A stretch of DNA of 64,000 nt from Mobula hypostoma. Taxonomy: Eukaryota. Position numbers and translations under genes: made by a program. The notes beneath the pieces are model-generated. The model worked only from the letters and a program-made list of their open reading frames with translations. It was not told the DNA's origin and did not search any database. The DNA lies in contig NC_086097.1 in NCBI RefSeq assembly GCF_963921235.1, forward strand, positions 119,166,001-119,230,000, read 5' to 3'. This document shows positions 24,560 through 38,276 of the stretch, piece after piece; the first letter of the stretch is position 1, and every line of letters starts with the position of its first letter.

Positions 24560-25230
24560 CCTAACGCAGTAGCCACTGAGTGTATGTCGTGGTTTTCTGC
24601 TGCTGTAGCCCATCCACTTCAAGGTTCGATGTGTTACCCATTCAGAGATGCTCTTGTGCACACACACCACTGTTGTAGTGCGTGGTTATCTGTAACCTTC
24701 GTGTCAGCTTGAACCAACCTGGCCATTCTCCTCTGACCTCTCTCACTAACAAGGCGTTTTCGCCAACAACTCTGCCACTCCTGGGAAACTTTTCATTTCT
24801 CACAGCATTCCCATGAACTCTGAACTCTGGAGGTGGTTGTGTGTGAAAATTCCAGGAGATCAGCAGTTTCTGAGATACTCAAACATAGAAAACATAGAAA
24901 ATAGGTGCAGGAGTAGGCCATACGGCCCTTCGAGCCTACACCGCCATTCAGTATGATCATGGCTGATCATCCAACTCAGAAGCCTGTACCAGCCTTCCCT
25001 CCATACCCTCTGATCCCTTTAACCATTCAAACAACCCATCTGGCATGAACAATCTTTCCATGGTTAAAGTCACTTTGACCTCACTTCTGCCCCATTCCAG
25101 TATTTGGTCTGAATAACAACTGAACCTCTTGACCATGTCTGCATGCCTTTATGCATTGAATTCCTGCCATATGATTGGTTGATTAGATATTTGCATTAAA
25201 TGTGTACCTAATAAAGTAGTCTGTGAGTGT
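24560..25230 (-). mobile_element. Tc1-derived MITE carrying a nested CR1 3' fragment (24883-25022, minus)
   Basis: TIR tgtacctaataaagtagtctgtgagtgt; inserted acatagaaaacatagaaaataggtgcaggagtagg tail. Confidence 0.8.
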
Positions 25231-25494
25231 CTGTTGGCAATAATAAATCTGATTCTGACTTTGATGCTGGCTCTTGGAGCTAGTTGTGCATAACTTGTCT
25301 ACTACCGGAAGCAATCTGAGTGACAGCTTACTGCCCTCACAGTGCATTGTGTACAAAGCTAGGCGGGGAGTTAAACACCTTCTCAAAAATCACTCAGACC
25401 AGAAGCTTTCATTAGGGTTTTTAATGAGAAATCTTTTTAAAACTGTAAAATTTAAGTAAAACATGTGAACAGAATAGCCACACACCTGAATTTA

Positions 25495-26875
25495 CTAGGT
25501 GGCCCCCGTTTTCTGAAAGTTCGCTTTACAACACTCGCTGTTAGGAAAGACCTACATTAGTTACCTGTTTTCGCTAACAGAAGGTGTTTTCACTGTTACG
25601 AGAAAAGGCAGTGTGTGAAAAAAGGCAGCGTGCGAAAAAAGGCAGCGCGCGCCCGCACAGCCAAGCTCCTCCCCCGGAACTGCATTCTAGCCGGCATTGC
25701 TTAAACACGTGCTTTTTCTCAATTTATTTTGTGCATCCATTAGCAAGATGAGTTCTAAGGTATCGGAAAAGCCTAAAAGAGCTCGTAATGGTGTTACACA
25801 GTGTAAAACTAGACATAATTAAGCTTTTCGATTGTGGTGAATGAAGTAAAGACATTGTCCGCGCATTGAACTTGCCTGTGTCCACCATTCGTACTATTTA
25901 CGCGTAGAGAGAAAGAATTTTGAAAGCTGCCGATGTTACTGTTGGTTCTGCTCGTAGCAAAGTGATCTCTCTTAGTTGGCATCCAATAATGGATAAAATG
26001 GAAAGTCCATTGCTTGAGTGGATTGATGGGTGTACAAAGCGTGGTGTTCCGTTAAGTTTTTTTATACTTAAGGAGAAATCAGTCAGTCTTTTTAATAATC
26101 TGAAACAGAAAGCACTGGACGATGGCGATGAAAGTGGAATTTAAAGGTAGTCATGGGTGGCTTGATCGGTTTCTGAGGCGAGGGCAGCTTCATAGTTTAA
26201 GCAGTTGTCCCCAACCTCCGGGCTGCAGACCGATACATTGCAGCGAAGAATGCAGCGGTGCAGCGGTAGTCGGAACGCACCCAGCACATCTTTAAGAAAA
26301 AAGCTGAAGTAAACAAGCTAATTAATTGGGTGCCGCCCGGCACGTAAATGTCGGCCCGGATCAGAGGCGATTGCAGATTGCGTCAGGTGGTTATTCGTAT
26401 AAGCAAGTGCTTAACCATGACGAAACTGCAATTTATTGGAGTCTTCCCGATTCCGGTAAGTGAAACTACACTGTACATACATTATTTCTACTTTATATAG
26501 GCTGTGCAGCTGTGTATTTTTATGTGTTATTTGGTATGATCTGGCATCTTCATAGCTTAAAGGTTACTGGAGAGAGTGTTTCTGCCGAGAGCGCTTCCCT
26601 GAAATTTTCACTGTGCTAGACAGTGCTGCAGAAAAGTATTTCTACCTTACATAGGCTGTGTATTTATCATATCATTCCTGCTTTTACTATATGTTACTGT
26701 TATTTTAGGTTTTATGTGTTATTTGGCATGATTTTGTAGGTTATTTTTTGGGTCTGGAAACGCTCAAAATTTTTTCCAGTATTAATAGATGGTAATTGCT
26801 TATTCACTCTACGACATTCCAGCTTACGAACCATTTCACAGGAACGCTCCACCTTCGGATAGCGGAAGAAACCTG
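25495..26875 (+). mobile_element. Tigger/pogo-type DNA transposon derivative with a transposase N-terminal remnant (~25748-26200)
   Basis: Same termini as 13800-15364 in the opposite orientation (..gaaacctg|TA). CENP-B-like HTH peptide KLDIIK..LNLPVSTIRTI..MESPLLEWID..GVPLS..KEK..FKGSHGWLDRF, with stops and frameshifts. Confidence 0.9.
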
Positions 26876-28967
26876 TAATATAATCGATTATTCTCACGAT
26901 CAGCTTTAAACAAGGTAATATGCACATGCAGCATTCTATAGCTATGTATGGTCTAGAGTGAACTCGTGGTGCAATGGTACCTGATAGCGTTGAACAACAA
27001 ACATAATATTTCCTTCAATGTGCATCTACTAAATGTTTACCAATATTAAGAAAGCTTAAGACTCACAGATGTTGCTGTTTCAAAGGCGAATAAAGAGTGG
27101 ATGGAGATGGATGTCTTTTTACCATGTGTGCTTCAAGCTGAAATCTGAATTAACCAGTGCAGGAAATGAAGCAAAAAAAAAAGCTTATGAACAGGAAGTG
27201 ATATTTGCACAAAATAAACTACATACCAAAAAAAAACACTGCCTCTAGTGGTCAGAACAGACAAAACTCCAACCAGGAAAACATTCAAGCAATTTACCAA
27301 ATTTATAATTAACTTTTGATCTCTACAAACACAAGATATTGTCAAGGGAGACAATTTTTCTTGTCCTATTTAATTTCAACTTTTGATTGAACAGAGCATC
27401 TTTTCACATGTGAACTACCAGATAATAAGTTAAAAAAGGAAATGAATATAAATGCCATAGCTTGATATGTAAAAGATTTCTTCAACGGGTGCACAGTTAA
27501 ACTTTGTGCTGAATGAAGGTGCTCAATAAGGTTAATAAAACTAATGCTACACTCGGCTTTATGGATGAAATTGTTCTCATTGGCCATAATGCTTTGTCCC
27601 ATGTGTGTGTTACAGACAAGATTTTATTAAGCCAATTACATCCAAAGGCTACTGACTTTATAAAAGGTCTCCTCTGAGTCTATCTTTTGCACGTATTAGG
27701 AGAAATGTCATTCAGAATTTTCAACATGACACACATTAATATAATTCAGTTTATGTCATTTGTCATTCATTTGTTTGTAAACAAATGGGAGATTGCTTGC
27801 TAAATACCTTGTTACTGAAAAATAAATGCTCCTTTAAGCAGATGGTAAAACTGATTTCAAATTATGTGGTGAGATTTACATTGGCAGATATTTTAATTAA
27901 ATTTGAGGGGATTTGGCTTTTGGATTTTAGTATATTCAAATTTATTTTAATAAATGGATTTTGTAACTATTTCCAAAACAATGCTTTGGTTTAGGGAGGA
28001 TGGGTTACATCACAAGGTGAACATGTTAATTAAAGAATTTAGGCACAAAAAATGCTACAAGCACTAAGTATCTCTAGGAAAACAAGTCGAAGAATTGAAG
28101 ATGCTGACAATTATACTGTTGACAAGGAACTGACAAATAGATAACTCAATTATGTACATAGCTGAGCAATTAAAATTTGTAAAAGAAGTGCATCAATGCT
28201 GTTCAATCCTTAAAATATTTGCAATGAGCTCTGAACGTTGGATGTGGTCTATAGGTTTGGAAACACCTGCAGATGTCATATCACTGTGACGTTTGAACTG
28301 CGTTATTTCATTAGACACCAATCCTTTTAATCATGCTGCTGGTAAAAGAAAGAAGAAATTGTAACTTGTCACATCTCCTTTGCCCATCTATTGTGTAATA
28401 GGTGGCATATTTCAGAACGTGTGGATAACATTTGCCTTGCTAATCTTAGTTAACACACTGCAAAGTGCAACCTCGCTCTGGATAGCTGACTGAAACATGG
28501 TTCACAAAGCACTGTCCTTCAGGGCTGTCTCTCAGGCTAGTCTGAATTTATAATTTACATCATTTCTCAAGGGATTACTCAGGAACGAACAGTTCATTCC
28601 TCTTGGTGATAAACTGGAAAAGCTGACAGGGACAGAAGGTGATTTGCATAAACCAATTAAATGAAATATCAGTCAGAAATTATGTGTACATTTCAGTATA
28701 AAATACATACAACAGGATTCAGTTACCGATTCATTTTATTTTCCACACGTACATCGAAACACACAAGTGAACTGCGTCATTTGCGTCAACAACCAACACG
28801 ACCTACAGGGAGGCGGCCTGCAAATGCCTCCACGCATTCTGGCGCTAACATGGCACACCCACAATCCTCGGTAGAACAGCACAGAGCTCAACAAAACAAA
28901 ACACAAAAATCATCAAAAACACCAACAGCAAAAACTAGTCTCATTCCTACCTCCCAGCCATCCATGT

Positions 28968-31900
28968 ACTGACACAGTGCTGCAACCCCAGAACAGCAGT
29001 ACAGATTGAAAATACTGTGGTGAGCATGATGACAGACGAGAACACCCTCTAAACAAAACAACAGTTTTATTGCAATAAACAAAAGAACAGGCCTTGTGCC
29101 ATGACCCAGAGAGAGAACAGCTCAGTCTCATACAGATGGGGGAGGTGAGTATCACACACCCTGGTTACAGTTAGGGTGACCCACAAATACACAAGTGAAT
29201 AACTGTATAACCCAAGCTAAAATGTAACAATAAATGAATATAAACTTTCCACCATAATCCCACCAAAGCATTTTAACACAAGATCCATAAACAGTGCTGA
29301 TTATTAGAAATGTAGGGGTGGGCTGTTGACCACCCCCCCCCAGAGTGTCACACTGCCCCCATCTGAGGGGTCAGCCATGCCCAGCAACCCCAGAGTCCAA
29401 AACAAAGTCCAGAAGTCCTTGTGATGGCCGTCGCTGCCGCCTATGGTGCTGGGCGTTTTCTGGAGCCACGCCAGGGGATGCATTGTTTAGTGAGGCAAGA
29501 GGCAGGGCACTCAGAGTGTTAATCTTCCTTCAGCCTCATTGGGCCAGTGGTGGCCAAGGGCTGATATGGTGCCAACCGGTCCCAGTGCAGCACGACTGCC
29601 TTCTGCCACTCAGGCAAATGCACCTAATATACAGCATCGGAGATGCAGTCGAGCACCTCTCCCAGCCCCTTCCATTGGCTTCCCAGCATGGGGGATAGAC
29701 TCTTCTTCCTGGAGGGGCAGCAGTGACATGCTTGGTCTCCCCCAGCCAAGTCCTGACCCCGGCTGCGGGCGTCACAAGCTCGTTTCTGGTGACTGCTGGC
29801 CGAGCTGCATTATGTACAGCTCGCAGGCAGAGGTGCTGCAGGTACTCCTACCTGGTATTCCCCCAGGAATCCCTGGCTCGGGAGTGGGGGCTAACCACCA
29901 GATCCACTGGGGTGCACAGCTCTCGCCTGAACACGAGCACATCTGGCGTACACCTGGCGCCTTGCTGAACAGCTGTCGGTAACACCCATAATACCTGGGG
30001 AAGGTGGTGATCCCAATCGCGCTGGTGCTGGCTAAAGGGAATGGCCAGGGCATAGCCAGGAGACGTTTAAAGCGTCCCACCAGCCTATCACTTTGCAGGT
30101 AAAGCGGGGTGGTCCACATTTTGGTGATTCCCAGACACTTGCAGTCTTCGCTAAGCACCTGCACCTCAGTGTTGTGCCCCTGGTCACTGTGGAGTTCCTC
30201 AAGCGTGCCAAAGTAACAGAACTGTTCTACGAGTCTCTCAGCGGTGGTAGTGGTGCTCTGGTCTGGGACTGCGTACACCTCCGGCCACTTTGTGAAGTAA
30301 CCCATGGCCACGAGAACGCAGTGGATCCCGGCGTCAGTGCGGGGGAAGAGACGCAGGATGTTCACTCCTGTGCGCTCCACTGGGGGCACCACCAGGTAGT
30401 GCTGCATTGACATCCCATACTGACCGCCCAGCCCCTTCTGGGACGGGCAAACATTGCAGCAGCGCGCAAACAGCTCCACATCCTTCCTGCACGCGTGCCA
30501 AATGAAGTGTCCGCACAGCTCGCCCAATGTCTTTGCAACCCCGAAACGTCCGGCCCCGACCAGCCAGTGCACTGACCACAGCACCACGGTGTGGAGCCCC
30601 CAAGGGACCACCAGCCATAGGAGATGTCTGTCACCGTCAGGCAACTACCAACACCGGATCGGCAACCCGCACACTCCTCCAGCATGATAGTACGGGGCTT
30701 TGGTTTCTGGATCCAGGGCCGAGATCACCCGTGACCATGGCCGCTGTCCCATGCTCAGCCATCTCCTCACCCGGGCCAACAAAGGATCGCTCACCTGCTC
30801 ACTGCGCAGCTGCTGGTTGTCCATGGTGGGGAGATGCCCACTGGCTGCCACCTGAAGTGCCACTACTGCCACTTGCTGCCGGCTCTACACCCCGAGACGG
30901 CGACAGCGGCGACACTCAGTGGCCTCACAGGGAGGCGAGAGAGGGCATTAGCGTTGCCATGGTGCCTTCCGGCACGGTACTGCTTCTCAAAATCATGGCT
31001 CTGGAGAGCCTCTAACCACCACACAGTCTGCCTTTCGGGGCCACAGAAGCTCAACAGCTCCATCAGTGATGCATGGTCCGTGTGAAGCCGGAACCATCAG
31101 CCGAAGAGGTAGGGGCGGAGGTGGTGGAGAGCCTGGACCATGGCCAAGAGCTCCTGGCAGGTGACACAATCGTTCCATTCAGGGCAGATCAGGGTGCAGC
31201 TGAAGTATGCCACAGAACAGTTCTCCTTGAAACCCCCTCCTGTCACAGCACGGTGCCTCCCCCATTGCTGGCATCTGTATCAACAATGAAAGGGCATGTT
31301 GGATCAGGATACACCAGCACTGGGATCTGTGTGAGCACAAGTCAGAGCTGATCGAAGGTGGCAGCACAGGTGTCAATCCAGGCAAAGGGCCTCCCCTCTT
31401 CGGCGAGCTGGTGCAGGGAACTGGCAACGGTGACAAAGTCCTTAAAAATCCGGTGGTAGTATGATGCCAGCTTCAGGAAGCTGCGAAGCACAGAGTCATC
31501 ATGAGGGTTGGGCCATTCCCTGACTGGCGCCACCTTCTCAGGGTCCATCACCACTCCTTCTGCACTCACTATGTTTCCCAGGGACTTGGTCTGGCAGCGC
31601 AGCAGGCTGCACTTTGCAGGGTTGAGGTGCAAGTTCGCCTGGTGGATAGCAGCAAAATCCTCTTCCAGATTCAGCAGAACATCATCAAAAATGAAGGTGT
31701 GCTCCTGAAGATCATCCAAGTAGATGACACAGTGACTCCATGAAATGTGAGCCAGCACCCTCTACATCAGTCTCTCCAATGTTGCTGGGAGATTATACAG
31801 ACCAAACAGCATTACCCACAGTACCACAGCCCTTGACCAGTGGTGAAGGCAGTCTTGGGACGGGACTCTGGGGCCAGAACGACCTGCCAATAACCACTGT

Positions 31901-33190
31901 GGAGATTGAAAGAGCTGAACCAGGTCAAACCTGTGGTGTAGTTCAGGGCATCATCAATTCGGGGCAGTGGGTCACGGCAATGAGATGGTATTAGTCTAAG
32001 CAGAACTGCCATGTCCCATCATTCTTCCTGACTAACATTGCTGGCTGCCCATGGGCTGTGGGAGGGCTCAATGATGCTTACTGCTGCCATCTCTTTGATC
32101 CTCTGCTCCGCTGCCTGGCATTTTCTGAGGGCCAGGTGAGGGGCCAGGCGTCTCTTATGTTGCTGTGGTGTTGCACCAGCCCCGTTTGCCTGCCATCCTC
32201 GTCCTTGGCTGCGAAGATGTCAATGTGCTGGTCCAGGAGGTTCTCTAGCTGCCGCCACTGGTCCTGATCCAAACCAGGAGGGCACTGCAGTAGTGCTGCT
32301 GATGTTGTCGCTCTGCACCGATGCAGTTGCCGATGACAGGGGCACGATGCGCTGCGCCGGGGAAACCGGTGGTGGCTGTTGTCATGCCTACCTGGTCTGC
32401 TTCCTGGAGTTGCCCTGCAGAAGAGCCACGGTTTCAGCGCCGAAGTAGAGTGTGGCCCTCCCCCGGCACATCCACATGGGCCCCCTCAGTGGGACAGCAG
32501 GTCCAGGACAATGATGCAGGACTCAGGACTCACACATGTCGGCTATCCATGCCTTGTGCTCCACTGTGCTTTTCCCCACTGTGATGCACAGCCTCCTCTT
32601 CCCTCTCATCATTGCCCACACTAGTGATGTGGCTAGCTGGACTGCTGTCATTGTCCACCCAGGCGGGGATGGCTGGTCCGTGTTGGGGAGGACACCCGTA
32701 CAGATGATGGTGATAGTTGATCGTATGTCCACCAACGCACAGCATCTGAGGCACTCCACCATACAGTCCACATATAAGCCTTGCTCTTCACCCAAACTGC
32801 CCACCTGGGGAGGAGACAACAGAGGGATTCTGCTGGAGGTCTCAGTGATGCTAAAATGCCTTGAGGTCTAAAATTGCTTCTGCCCACTCCACCTCTGCCA
32901 GCACCTCCTCAAGAGATGATGGTAATTTCACTCTTGCGTCGGTGCCTTTGAAAAGGCATAGTGGGCAAGGTCATCCTGGGCTGCGGGAGGAAACGGGGGG
33001 TGACTATGCCAAACACAGTGGCAAGGATCTGCTGTGAATGCCCCCAAGCTTTCTCCTATTATGGCGCCATCTGCTGCCCAGTTCTTCCCTCTTTGCTTGT
33101 ACCAACTGCATTTGCTTGACCCACCTCTACGAGGGCTCTGTAGTCAAGCTGCTCTGCCGGTGTTCAGTGGCTTTTGGACACCACCACAGA
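28968..33190 (-). mobile_element. Gypsy/Ty3 LTR retrotransposon, decayed, 5' part missing; 3' LTR ~28968-29352
   Basis: Domain order on minus: protease (ALVDIRS), RT (PLPRIDD, SGYWQV, YLDD), RNase H, integrase (CNVC, GYFTKWPEVYAV, HSDQG). PPT-like agatgggggcag abuts the LTR start tgtgacac at 29352; AATAAA lies in the LTR on minus. Confidence 0.93.
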
Positions 33191-34815
33191 CTGTGGCTGA
33201 GCATTCCATAGATTCACTATTCTTTGGCTAAAAAAAATCCTCCTTACCTCTATTCTAAAAAGTCACCCCTCAATTTTGATGCTACCCTCTATTTCTGGAT
33301 AACCCCACCACAGGAAACATCCTCTCCACATTCAGTTTGTCTAGTCCTTTCAACATTTGGTAGGTTTCATTGAAATTCACTGCATTTTTCTAAATTCAAG
33401 TGAGTACAGGCCCAAAGCTGTCAAACACTCCTCATATGTTAACCCTTTCATTCCTGGAATCGTCCTCATGAACCTCCTCTGGACTCTTTCCATTTACAAC
33501 ACATCATTTCTGAGATATGGGGCCCGAAACCATTGACAGTACTCCAAGTGTAGCCTGACTAGTGTCTTATAAAGCCTCAGCATTATCTCCTTGCTTTTAT
33601 TTTCTATTCCCCTTGAAATAAATGCCAACATTGCATTTGCCTTCTTTACCACAGACTCAACCTGTAGATTTACCTTCTGGGAGCCTTGTACAAGGACTCC
33701 TAAGTCCCTCTGCACCGCTAATGTTTGAACCTTCTCCCCATTTAGTTAGTATTCCACACTATTGTTCCTTTTACCAAAATGCATTAACATACATTTCCCA
33801 ACACTGTTTTCCTTCAGCCACATTTTTTGCCCATTATTCCAATTTCTCGAAGTCCTGCTGTAATCAGATTGTTTCCTCAGCACTACCTACCCCTCCACCT
33901 ATCTATATATCACTTGAAAACTTCACACAAAGCCATCGATTCCATTATCCAAACCATTGACAAGCAATATGATAAGTAGCGGCCCCAATACTGACCCCAG
34001 AAGAACACCACTGGTCACTGGCAGCCAACCAGAAAAGGCCCCTTTTATTCTCACTCACTGCTTCCTGCCTGTAAACTATTGTTCTATCCACGCCAGTGTC
34101 TTTCCTGTAATGCCACAGGATTTTATCTTTTTAAGCAACCTGAGGTGTGTCACCTTTCAAATGCCTTCTGAAAATCCAAGTAAATGATATCCACGTGGAA
34201 TTCTGCAGATGCTGGAAATTCAAGCTACACACATCAAAGTTGCTGGTGAACGCAGGAGGCCAGGCAGCATCTCTAGGAAGAGGTACAGTTGCCGTTTCGG
34301 GCCGAGATCCTTCGTCCTGACAAGGGGTCTCGGCCCTAAACGTCGACTGTACCTCTTCCTAGAGATGCTGCCTAAATGACATCCACTGCCTCTTCTTTGT
34401 CCATCCTGCTTGTTACTTCCTCGAAGAACTCTAAGAGATTTGTCAGGCTAGATTTCCCATTACAGAAACCATGTTGACATTGTCTTATTTTGTCATTAGT
34501 CTTTAAGTATCCCGAAATCTCATCCTTAATAATAGACTCCAACACTTTCCCAACCATTCAGATTAGGCTAACTGGCCTATAATTCCCTTTCTTTTGTCAT
34601 AAAGAGTAAACTGACATATGCAATCCTCTAGTCCTCTGGGACCATGGCAGAATCAAATGATTCTTGAAAGATCATGATGAATGCATCTATTATCCCTTCA
34701 GCAACCTTTCTCAGGACTCTCGGATGTAGTCCATCTGCTTTAGGTGACTTATCCACCTTAAGACCTTTGAGTTTGCCTGGCATTTTTTCCTTTGTAATAG
34801 CATTGGCACTCATTC
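33190..34815 (-). mobile_element. CR1 LINE fragment
   Basis: KSPKADGLHPRVL, QHGFCNGKSSLTNLLEFFE, RLHLEYCQ. Confidence 0.92.
34195..34372. mobile_element. Mini Penelope fold-back insertion inside CR1
   Basis: TSD taaatgatatccac (34181-34194) / taaatgacatccac (34373-34386); ~55-bp inverted arms meet within the hammerhead CTGA region. Confidence 0.9.
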
Positions 34816-35491
34816 CTGATGGCTCTTTCTTTGCAGTCCCCATAGTGCCAAGGAGAGAGTTGGTTTTGCAGAGCAAGCAGCCAGCAAAACCTCTACATAT
34901 CACCTTAATGGGCTCACATCATGCCCTTTCAATTGGTATGAAAGGGAGAGAAAAAGAATAGCAAAGTTGCAAATCAAGGTTAGAATGTTGCATTAAATAA
35001 TTTTAGTGTGTGAATAAGACTTTGGGAGAGATAGATAATATTGTGTCAGCAGCAATGGCACAAGAACTCACATACACACTCACCCACAATGGCTCAAAAC
35101 CCTAGTGGCGAGAAGTCAGAGTCTCACAGAATGTGAAAAATACAAATACTCTTCATTCGCCATCCACCTTATAGTAGTATCCATTCATCATAAACCCATT
35201 GGAAAACAATACCGTTATTTTATTTAACTGTATTTACTGGCCTTCTATTTTTGATTCAGGTTTGAAGTTTGAAAGCTTTTGTTTCAAAACACTCCATTCA
35301 ATTTTACACCATCAATCAGTTCTCCCATAGCATGACAAAAATTTACTGTCTAAATCTGTTCATGCCTTCTTTCAACTGACACTTGCCCTCAGTTTTTAAA
35401 ACATCAAAATTAGCCTGAAGAAATTCAACATTATATCTAAAAACTGGGAAGGCATTTCACTTAATAGATAAACCTGGAAGAAATCTGTTCA

Positions 35492-36540
35492 AGACAATAG
35501 ACAATAGGTGCAGGAGTAGGCCGTTCGGCCCTTCGAGCCAGCACCGCCATTCACTGTGATCATGACTGATCATCCACTATCAGTATCCAGTTCCTGCCTT
35601 ATCCTCATAACCTTTGATTCCGCTATCTTTAAGAGCTCTATCCATCTCTTTTTTGAAAGCATCCGGAGACTTGGCCTCCACAGCCTTCTGGGGCAGAGCA
35701 TTGCATATATCCACCACTCTCTGGGTGAAAAAGTTTTTCCTCAACTCCGTTCTAAATGGCCTACCCTTAATTCTTAAACTGTGGCCTCTGGTTCTGGACT
35801 CATCCATCAGCGGGAACATGCTTCCTGCCTGCAGCGTGTCCAATCCCTTAATATTATATGTTTCAATAAGATCCCTCTCAGCCTTCTAAATTCCAGTGTA
35901 TACAAGCCCAGTCGCTCCAATCTTTCGACATATGACAGTCCCGCCATCTCAGGAATTAACCTTGTGAACCTACGCTGCACTCCCTCAATAGCAAGAATGT
36001 CCTTCCTCAAATTTGGAGACCAAAACTGCATACAGTACTCCAGGTGTGGTCTCACCAGGGCCCTGTACAGCTGCAGAAGGACCTCTTTGCTCTTATACTC
36101 AATTCCCCTTGTTATGAAGGCCAGCATGCCATTAGCTTTTTTCACTACCTGCTGTACTTGCATGCTTGCTTTCAGTGACTGATGTACAAGAACACCTAGA
36201 TCTCGTTGTGCTTCCCCTTTTCCTAACTTGACTCCATTTAGATAATAACCTGCCTTCCTGTTCTTACCACCAAAGTGGATAACCTCACATTTATCCACAT
36301 TAAACTGCATCTGCTCACTCACCCAGCCTGTCCAAATCACCCTGCATTCTCATAACATCCTCCTCACATTTCACACTGCCTCTCAGCTTTGTGTCATCAG
36401 CAAGTTTGCTAATGTTACTTTTAATTCCCTCATCTAAATCATTAATATATATTGTAAATAGCTGCGGTCTCAGCACTGCACCCTGCGGTACCCCACTGGT
36501 CACCACCTGCCATTCCGAAAGGGACCTGTTAATCACTACA
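35492..36540 (-). mobile_element. CR1 LINE, 5'-truncated, relatively young
   Basis: SGVPQGAVL, KLADDTKL, MQFNVDKCEV, RPHLEYCMQFWSP; gacaatagacaatagg tail. Confidence 0.95.
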
Positions 36541-36849
36541 TGTTAGCTACGTGTGCTACATGACAGCTACCTCAGTTGTGCTGCAGAGATCAAGTGGCAA
36601 GGAGAGATTGAACAACCAAAAGACCCAGCCGCTAAACACAACCACCACTCACTCTGCGTACACTACATGAGGACATGTGGATCCCAAATTGCCTCTACAA
36701 TCACCTGAGGACAAACCAATAGACAAACAATCAGGAGAACATCAAACTCTACTTGAGTGATCTCACTACTATTACTGGAAGACCGGCAAAGAATACAGTA
36801 GTATATAGGTCTTTTGCAAATATGGGCAAAGAAATAGCAGCTTGAGATT

Positions 36850-37400
36850 AACCCCGCTAAACGTGAATTGGTGCATATTGGCAAATAAAATGCAAAGAGA
36901 CAGTAAACTGTTAATGGCAAGACTGTCAACAGTGTCGATGTGCAAATGGACTTTGGGGTCCCAGTTCAGAGCACCCTAAATGTGGCTACACTGGTTCATT
37001 CTGATCACCCATTATAGGAAGGATTTTGAGGCTTTAGAGAAGGTGCAGAAGCTGTTTACTAGGATGCTGCCTGGCTTGGGGGTCGTTATATGCAATGGCG
37101 AGAGGGTGGATAAACTTGGATTGTTTTCTCTGGAGTGGTGAGACGGAAAAGACATCTGTTAGATATATATAAGATGAAGAGAGGCATTGACAGAGTTAGA
37201 CAGTCAGTATCTTTATCACACGTTTGAAATGTCTAACACCAGTGTGCATCATTTAAGGTGGGGTGGGGGTATGGTCAAAGATGATAAGTGGGATAAATTT
37301 TTACACGGAGACGTGAGGGTACCTGAAATGTATTACTTGGGGTGCTGCTGGAAGCAATTAAGATAGGGACATTCATGATAGGCACTGAATGTGTAAAAAC
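36850..37400 (+). mobile_element. Old CR1 fragment
   Basis: ggctttagagaaggtgcagaag..actaggatgctgcctgg..ttgttttctctggag. Confidence 0.7.
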
Positions 37401-38072
37401 TGAAAGGACATTTATTTGCTGGGAAAGCAAGTTAAGGATGTTGAAATACACTGGTTTTCTGTTTTCATGACGTGTTGCTTTCAATGCAATCCCATAACCC
37501 CTCTAAAATTTCCAAAAATATACATGACTTAGGTTCTGAACGTAATCAAATAAGTCTACAAAAATATTGACAGAAAGGTCAAGGACCATTGAATGTGCAC
37601 TGAGGTGTTTCTATGGAATCTCAAATCGCATTCCAACTGACTGGTATTGCAGTTTTAGTTATAGGTTCATTGGGCTGGAGACAATGGAGCACAGGCAGCA
37701 TTCTGAAACAGGGAAGGAGAAAGTCACCCTTACACACAAGATACAGCCATTGAGACATTGTTCACTCCAAAACTGGAAAAATTGTTTGAAAAGTGGAGCC
37801 CTTGAAAATGAAATGGTCTTGTAAAACTGGCACTGACAATACTTGACAAAGAATGACCGACTGTTATGGTTATCTATGACCTTGGCATTGAAGGGATGGA
37901 AACTCTTGCAATTCACAAAAAGCTGCAAATTCTGAAGGTTAAATTATTGACTCTGCAATGGTTATCTGTCACATCTTGAACAATGGAAAAATTGGTATTA
38001 CTGAATTGGTAATTAGTATTATATACATTTTTTAGTCCTATCTTTTTTAATGAAGGGAAAGAAGAAGAATTC

Positions 38073-38202
38073 ATAAACACAAAATACTCTGCAGATGCTG
38101 GGGTCAAAGTAACAGGTCCTGACGAAGGGTTCTGGCCTGAAACGTTGACTGATTGTTTCCACGAATGCTGCCCGACCTGCTGAGTTCCTCCAGCGTGTTG
38201 TG
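38073..38202. mobile_element. Mini Penelope inverted insertion containing a hammerhead (38115-38150, +)
   Basis: 13-bp TSD agaagaagaattc (38060-38072 / 38203-38215). A minus-oriented 3' terminus is followed by plus-oriented gtc-CTGACGA-agg..cct-GAAAC-GTT-gac. Confidence 0.85.
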
Positions 38203-38276
38203 AGAAGAAGAATTCCCCTTTCATATAATATTTGTGAGGTCTCCAGTATGGATTTGGTCAAGAAGATGTTGGAAAT

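Noticed and set aside
25748..26200. Domesticated TIGD/CENP-B-like gene
   Set aside because: It has stops and frameshifts, no DDE domain, and lies within intact TIRs.
29345..32871. Numerous GC-rich + strand ORFs
   Set aside because: They are antisense shadows of the minus-strand Gypsy pol.
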